Source: Candidatus Uabimicrobium amorphum
GTDB taxonomy: Bacteria > Planctomycetota > Uabimicrobiia > Uabimicrobiales > Uabimicrobiaceae
Direction of reading: 5' to 3'
Length of the DNA stretch: 40,000 nucleotides
Assembly (NCBI RefSeq): GCF_009002475.1
Contig: NZ_AP019860.1
Coordinates: 7,769,547-7,809,546 of the forward strand
Part shown: in pieces, positions 35,043-40,000 of the stretch
Numbering within the stretch: the first letter of the stretch is position 1
Layout: every line of letters starts with the position of its first letter
The notes under the pieces: model-generated
Told to the model about the DNA's origin: nothing
What the model saw: only the letters and a program-made list of their open reading frames with translations
The model's database searches: none
Made by a program: the position numbers and the translations under genes

Positions 35043-36592
35043 TGCTTAAAAAAGGTACGCATTGTGCCTGAGAAAGTCATCCATACTGGTTTAGAAAAAA
35101 CAGAGTCTACATGGCAGTCATCCTGCAAAATGATAATTGTCCTATTTGCCATTTGGTAGCTCCTAAGAGCAGTACAGATGTAATTACGGGTATTAGTATC
35201 CCTGACGATGATAATGCATCCGTAATACGTGGGATCTGATGTAATCTTTTGAATATGCTTTTCATTTAAAAATTCATCGTAAAATGATAGCTCCTGAATA
35301 ACGTGATCTTCGAATTGCTGGCAAACAAAAATAGCCGAGAATAATAGAGTTTGTACTTCTTGTTTATTGCGTTTTTCGAGTTTGAAGCTTCCGTGAGGAC
35401 TCCATAGTTTACTTTTATTGTTTACATGTATGCGTGTAGGAAAATTTGCATTTTTATGTGGCGTCGAAAATTGTGTATGTACTCTACATTGATAATTTGC
35501 TTCGGAAACAATACTTTTTTCTACCGAATTTTTAAAAGCTAAGATAGGCTCACGTTCACACAGCATATCTTTTAAACAGTGAGAGTAATTTTTAGCATCA
35601 TAGAGAACTTTACAATTTAAAAAATCTTTTTCTTCTGCTACAGTAATGTAGTTATTATCAAACCGTGCCAGGTACTCTACTTGGTATTCATTATCAATAA
35701 TCTTCCATCTTTTACTTTTTTTTAAAGTAGTAACCTCTTCTGATCCGGCAGAAATTTTGCGCTTATTCTTGCGAATCTGTTTACGCATTTCACTGATGAT
35801 TTTGTGTTGGTCGAGTTCTTCTTGCCATTTTTTATCAATGCGGAAACTTTGTATTCTTTCGAGAGGCATAAATAAAATAAATGGCATTACTTCATGGTTA
35901 CCCAGTTTGGTAATAATTGTTTTGATACGTTCTTGGGGAGTCACAAACAGTACATACACGGGGTAGGTCTGGTATTCCTGATTGATGTAGTTACTGCGTA
36001 GATAGATGTTGTAGTTATCAAATTTATTTTTGATTTGTCCTTTTGGACCACTGATAGATTCTGTTCCTGTATCTATTTCCACGCGGCAAACAAGCAGTTC
36101 ATAGTTGTTGAATGATATTTTTACTTCACCATCGGAGCGCAGGGTGCATGTTTCCCAACGATCTTCTACTTTGACCTGAAGATGACCATCGTGATTAAAT
36201 TCATTGCAAGTCTCTAATAAGTATTGTGAGTTTTTAAAACTCCGATGAAGTATCTTTTCTAATCTACGCATCAAAAAGTAGTGGTATAGATGTATAGCAC
36301 GAATACCTTTTATGCGTTTTTCGTGATGTTGTATCTCGTCTTTGGTTTTTTCGAGTAGTTCTAAACCATATTTTGTTAAGTAGCGCGCTAGCTCTTTTTT
36401 ATCATACGTGTGTTTATCGGTGATAATTTTGCGTTGTTCGAGTTCTTTTACAATTCGTTGAACATTTTGCTGCGATACGCCGCTTTCACCAGAGAAGAAT
36501 AAGTAGTCACTGATATCTTTCGTTGTAGCATATCCTTCTTCATAAAGGAATTGTAGTATAAGTAGTTCTTTTGTAGATATTGCTATGGGCAT
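35015..36592 (-). CDS. Hypothetical protein with N-terminal winged-helix (possibly replication-relaxation-like)
   Basis: The N-terminus ELLILQFLYEEGYATTKDISDYLF...VQRIVKELEQRKII looks like a wHTH. It lies directly downstream of the coupling-ATPase-like gene (3-nt gap). The family assignment is tentative. Confidence 0.3.
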   Translation of the reverse strand: MPIAISTKELLILQFLYEEGYATTKDISDYLFFSGESGVSQQNVQRIVKELEQRKIITDKHTYDKKELARYLTKYGLELLEKTKDEIQHHEKRIKGIRAIHLYHYFLMRRLEKILHRSFKNSQYLLETCNEFNHDGHLQVKVEDRWETCTLRSDGEVKISFNNYELLVCRVEIDTGTESISGPKGQIKNKFDNYNIYLRSNYINQEYQTYPVYVLFVTPQERIKTIITKLGNHEVMPFILFMPLERIQSFRIDKKWQEELDQHKIISEMRKQIRKNKRKISAGSEEVTTLKKSKRWKIIDNEYQVEYLARFDNNYITVAEEKDFLNCKVLYDAKNYSHCLKDMLCEREPILAFKNSVEKSIVSEANYQCRVHTQFSTPHKNANFPTRIHVNNKSKLWSPHGSFKLEKRNKQEVQTLLFSAIFVCQQFEDHVIQELSFYDEFLNEKHIQKITSDPTYYGCIIIVRDTNTRNYICTALRSYQMANRTIIILQDDCHVDSVFSKPVWMTFSGTMRTFFKHHAATDAHA

Positions 36593-36595
36593 AAT

Positions 36596-39049
36596 TTAAT
36601 CCTTTGGAAATAAATGATCTAAATCGTCTGGCAGAGATTGGAATACCTCGATGGACTGATTTTTTATTGGGATAGTTGCGGGACTTGAGAGAATTTCATC
36701 TATGTTGTTATCAGGATCTTCATTTAAAAGAATAACGGCATCCCAATAGTCTGTATTGCTGTTACGATATGGCAACTCAAAACAAGTAGCTGTTTTTACA
36801 AATACTGGTTCATTATTTTTGTTGCATTGTAGGTGTATGCGAAGGTCCTGATTGATTATCTTTTTGATATACACTTTTTCTTCTTCGCTATCACTGTGGT
36901 AAACATCGCGATGAGAGGCTGTAGCAGATTCCCCAATGGATTGCGTGAATGCATCACTATCTGTTGTACCTTGGCCGGTATTAAAGCCTTGGGAAGTGTT
37001 TTCGCCATGTGTTTGAGCTAAGGAATCTGTTTTACTTTGTGAATGAGCATTGGCATGTGCTGTTGTTTTGGTTTGTGACTTGTTTTGTGCTTTTGTTTTT
37101 GCAACCGACTCATTAAAACTTTGCGAAGTGCTAAAATTTTCTGCTATTCCTTCAGCAAAGTTTTGTATCACAGAAATACTATCAGACATTTGTTTTGACA
37201 TACCAAAGCTCTCATTTTCATTCCAGCCGCGATTATCGCTGTATGAATATCCTTCTGTTTCATTTCTTCCTGTTGCGTAACTTGAGCTAATTGATTTTGC
37301 CTTTTGAAAAGCATCAGAAATGCTTTGTCCAACGCCTTCGTTAGATGATACGAGCCTACGGCCATTTACATCTACAGTGTAGTTGTATCCTGAATTTGAC
37401 GAGCTACCTTGAGTATGAGTATTGCCTGTAGAGTCAGATTCTCCCTGTGTTTGGGTTTCTGTGATTGTAACGCTACCGCTTTTGGTCTTTATTTCAGCAA
37501 TCGAAATTCCTTTTGTCATTGTAAAGTTAAATCCATCTGCTGAAACACGCCCAATGGTGTTTCCTTCCGTCCAGGTTATTGTAAAGCTTTGTCCGTGCAT
37601 GTAGGTTACAGCTTTACCTTTGTTAATGGCTTTAGATAGACTTTGACTCAAGCCTTTGGCAATAGATTCTGTTTCAGTAGCAGAATATGTTTCAGCTAAA
37701 CTTTTTGTTGACGTTTGTTGCGCACTTTGGCCATACATTAAAGACTTCATCCATGACATCATTTTAGAAAAAGTTTTGCTGTATGAATCGGTAATACTTT
37801 TCGTTAGAGATCTTGTAATCTCAGTGTATTTGTAGAGAGTCCCAGTAGGAGTTATCTTTTCTCGTACGATTCTTTCTGCATCGTCATAACCTACGCGAAA
37901 ATAAACACAAAATTCAGATTGATCTTCACAATTTTCGACAAGGCGTATACCTTCTTGAGAGCCCATTTGTTTCCGGGTTTGCATCGCAGATATGAAAAAT
38001 ACCTTACGATTACGCGACCTGGTAATTACATCAGCGTATACCTTATCGATTATGGTGCCTGATTCGTCACTACCAAGAAAGAAATTATCAGTGTATTGAT
38101 TGACCTTCCGTCTCGATATTAGCGAAAAAAACACGCCGGAGTATAAGTAATTCATTAGGATGCTGCGGTCAGCAAGACTATCGATAGGAAAACGTACAAA
38201 AACAGTTTTGTTATTAAAAATATCGAGCCAGTCAATATTACATTCTTCACGAAATAGAAAATTGTATACGGAATTTGACTCTTTGAAAGGCGCTAAAGCG
38301 GTAAGAAGAGAAGAAACTCTATCGGCATAAGATGAGCCTTTGTAACTTCTATCAACAAAACGCCAGTACTCTACGGCATCGACAACAAGAGGTAAGTTTG
38401 AAATTTCTTCGGCCTTGCTGATGATGCTCTCACGGACTTCTTTGTGATAAATAAAGTTGTCAGCCTCGGTCATTGGCGTTTTTGTAGTAATAAACAATGT
38501 TGCGAGTGTGACGATCCCACGCCTTCTTAACCTTTGTGTATCTAAATCTTCGCCTTGTTTATCTTTTGGGGAGAACTCCGCATTGAGAAACTTGATTACG
38601 CGAGCAATAGTTTGATTTAGACTTTCGCCTTCAAATGCGTGTAGCATATTTGAACGATACTTGTGGTTTTCATTCGACAAATCGAGAAAAACAATTTTGT
38701 CGAGAACCTCTTCCTTAAACCACTTCCATCGCTTCCCTCCCATCGTGTGGTACTGCATGGTCATATACGCCACATAACGCTGCACGAGTTGATATAGAGT
38801 ACCCAGAGGGTCAAAAAACGCCATTCTTTGCCCTCTTGCAATCATGTTGGCAATAAAAAGATAGAGGTAGTACGTTTTTCCTGCTCCAGTTTTGCCTAGA
38901 AGGAAATGATGGACAAAGAGGTCTTTGAGTTTGTTTTTGATGATTTTACCGTTTGACTCCCCGAAGATGACTTCATGGGGAGTCGTAGTGGTTTCAAAGT
39001 AAAGTTCGAAGGGGAAGGCAGGAGGGTTATTCTGAGGCCTGACGATCAT
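36596..39049 (-). CDS. TraD/VirD4/TraG-like (type IV coupling protein-like) P-loop ATPase with a long S/T/Q/N/G-rich region
   Basis: Walker A LLGKTGAGKTYY, FFDPLG, Walker B NFFLGSDESG, FFISAMQTRKQMGS (the Q-x-x-x-Q motif of coupling proteins). No obvious N-terminal TM helices. aa ~410-715 are low complexity. Confidence 0.5.
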   Translation of the reverse strand: MIVRPQNNPPAFPFELYFETTTTPHEVIFGESNGKIIKNKLKDLFVHHFLLGKTGAGKTYYLYLFIANMIARGQRMAFFDPLGTLYQLVQRYVAYMTMQYHTMGGKRWKWFKEEVLDKIVFLDLSNENHKYRSNMLHAFEGESLNQTIARVIKFLNAEFSPKDKQGEDLDTQRLRRRGIVTLATLFITTKTPMTEADNFIYHKEVRESIISKAEEISNLPLVVDAVEYWRFVDRSYKGSSYADRVSSLLTALAPFKESNSVYNFLFREECNIDWLDIFNNKTVFVRFPIDSLADRSILMNYLYSGVFFSLISRRKVNQYTDNFFLGSDESGTIIDKVYADVITRSRNRKVFFISAMQTRKQMGSQEGIRLVENCEDQSEFCVYFRVGYDDAERIVREKITPTGTLYKYTEITRSLTKSITDSYSKTFSKMMSWMKSLMYGQSAQQTSTKSLAETYSATETESIAKGLSQSLSKAINKGKAVTYMHGQSFTITWTEGNTIGRVSADGFNFTMTKGISIAEIKTKSGSVTITETQTQGESDSTGNTHTQGSSSNSGYNYTVDVNGRRLVSSNEGVGQSISDAFQKAKSISSSYATGRNETEGYSYSDNRGWNENESFGMSKQMSDSISVIQNFAEGIAENFSTSQSFNESVAKTKAQNKSQTKTTAHANAHSQSKTDSLAQTHGENTSQGFNTGQGTTDSDAFTQSIGESATASHRDVYHSDSEEEKVYIKKIINQDLRIHLQCNKNNEPVFVKTATCFELPYRNSNTDYWDAVILLNEDPDNNIDEILSSPATIPIKNQSIEVFQSLPDDLDHLFPKD

Positions 39050-39485
39050 CGATGAGCCTTTTTATGCTTTGTATGTCTTGCTTTGCCTTTTGATAGTTTT
39101 GTTGGAACTGTTGTTTGAAATTTTGCATCTGTTCAAAATCGCCAGTAAAGTGATTGTTATTTTGTTGTGGGTTCGAAAACTTAAATTGCGCTGGAGTCAT
39201 ATCTATGTCGCCAGAGCTTTTATCTTCTTCATATGAGCGTTGCAGTGCGTTTACATTATCTACCATATTTTGCGTAGCTATTTGTTTTTGTTGCTGTAGA
39301 TTCATTTTATTTGGAATGGCAACGGGGGTTATTCTGGGCCTTGGTTTTAAATTTGCAGCAGTGTTAAGAAGATAGGTGTTTTTTTCTAATTGAGTTAGCC
39401 TGGTTCTTTCAGGATTTAGAATTTCAACCACATCATCTTCAATTTCTTGTGCTAGCTTGTGTTTATCTGGTTTTTCGTTTGTCAT
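39027..39485 (-). CDS. Q/N-rich hypothetical protein
   Basis: I start at ATG 39483-39485 (MTNEKPDKHK), preceded by GGAGGA, and drop 12 codons from the track ORF. No motif recognised. Confidence 0.4.
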   Translation of the reverse strand: MTNEKPDKHKLAQEIEDDVVEILNPERTRLTQLEKNTYLLNTAANLKPRPRITPVAIPNKMNLQQQKQIATQNMVDNVNALQRSYEEDKSSGDIDMTPAQFKFSNPQQNNNHFTGDFEQMQNFKQQFQQNYQKAKQDIQSIKRLIDDRQASE

Positions 39486-40000
39486 TGTAGTCCTCCATAA
39501 TCTGTTGGTACGGCTGAACAATGCTATGGTAATTTGCCAGTACCAAATCCACTATATTGTCTAAATAGCCATCGTTTAAACGCGATGATTTCTTAAATTG
39601 TTTCATGAAAAATTCAATCATTTCACATACCTCGGGTAAAACAGCGGTTTTCTCATGGTTAAAAGAGTGTGAGATTACTACTGCGGTCAGCGTATTTGCT
39701 TCTTTTGTTGTGGTAAGTTCTTGTCGTAGGGATGTAATCTGAGTCTGTAAATTCTCATTATTTTCTTGTGCATGTTGTAGCTCAGCTTTGAGGTTCTGTA
39801 TTTCACTAATGTACTCTTGGGTTTTGCTCAAGTCTTTAATATCACTATGTAGAACGTCGTTTGCCTTTTGTGGAGAAGGCTGCTGCTCCGTTTGTGATTT
39901 CATTTCATCAAATTTTTGCCACAAGTTTTGGAAGTAATTTAACTCTTCACGCTCAAACTGGTTTGTATAGCTGTGTATGTTTGCAAAAAGTTGAGATACT
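39463..40000 (-). CDS. Coiled-coil hypothetical protein, probably N-terminally truncated by the window edge
   Basis: The track start (39924) is a TTG. My translation shows the frame stays open to position 40000 (…FANIHSYTNQFEREELNYFQNLWQKF…). Heptad-like, Q/E/L-rich. Confidence 0.4.
   Translation of the reverse strand, partial: VSQLFANIHSYTNQFEREELNYFQNLWQKFDEMKSQTEQQPSPQKANDVLHSDIKDLSKTQEYISEIQNLKAELQHAQENNENLQTQITSLRQELTTTKEANTLTAVVISHSFNHEKTAVLPEVCEMIEFFMKQFKKSSRLNDGYLDNIVDLVLANYHSIVQPYQQIMEDYNDKRKTR

Noticed and set aside
37168-37365. 65-aa minus-strand ORF in an alternative frame inside the coupling-ATPase-like gene.
   Set aside because: It falls inside the low-complexity region of the 817-aa ORF. 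Alternative-frame ORFs are expected there by chance.
1397-39375. About 40 short plus-strand ORFs (60-130 aa) nested antisense inside the long minus-strand genes. Examples: 1397-1645, 4863-5252, 7648-7989, 15689-15985, 17702-18037, 25159-25464, 28721-28996, 37050-37280, 39154-39375.
   Set aside because: They lie entirely within strongly supported genes on the opposite strand. Their composition is low-complexity, rich in F, L, S, I and C, as expected for shadow frames of AT-rich DNA. They have no SD sequences or recognisable motifs.
1-40000. Scan for CRISPR arrays, tRNA/rRNA genes, IS elements or transposases, integrases, and long direct or inverted repeats that might bound the island.
   Set aside because: By eye I found no regularly spaced repeats, no cloverleaf-like or rRNA-like segments in the few intergenic regions, and no DDE or tyrosine-recombinase motifs in any ORF. 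A computational repeat search could still find att-type repeats that I missed.

Overview
AT-rich bacterial accessory region, almost entirely coding. I read it as three modules.

(1) 1-8.7 kb, minus strand. A tightly packed operon encodes:
- a tri-domain glycosyltransferase/GTP-cyclohydrolase-II fusion
- a UDP-sugar-dehydrogenase-like/NADAR fusion
- a DUF4145-like protein
- an AsnB-type amidotransferase
- an arylamine-N-acetyltransferase-like protein
- a propeller-like protein
- a NodB-type deacetylase

The operon is preceded by a tandemly duplicated structured leader. Its hairpin loops are complementary to the Shine-Dalgarno regions.

(2) 9.7-34.4 kb. A Dpd-type 7-deazaguanine DNA modification/restriction island. 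folE2, dpdB and a DpdA::DGQHR fusion sit at the left end. They converge on a ~20 kb minus-strand operon: Qng1, YhhQ, a YaaA/DUF6884-like::DpdA paralogue, then DpdE-F-G-H-I-J-K-like genes. The unusual points are two DpdA paralogues (both fused), two DGQHR domains, queuosine/queuine salvage genes inside the operon, and no stand-alone dpdC that I can recognise.

(3) 34.5-40 kb. Plasmid/ICE-like genes: a winged-helix protein, a TraD/VirD4-like coupling ATPase with a long S/T/Q-rich region, and coiled-coil proteins.

I recognised no rRNA, tRNA, CRISPR array or transposase. All family calls come from by-eye motif recognition. No database or HMM search was run.
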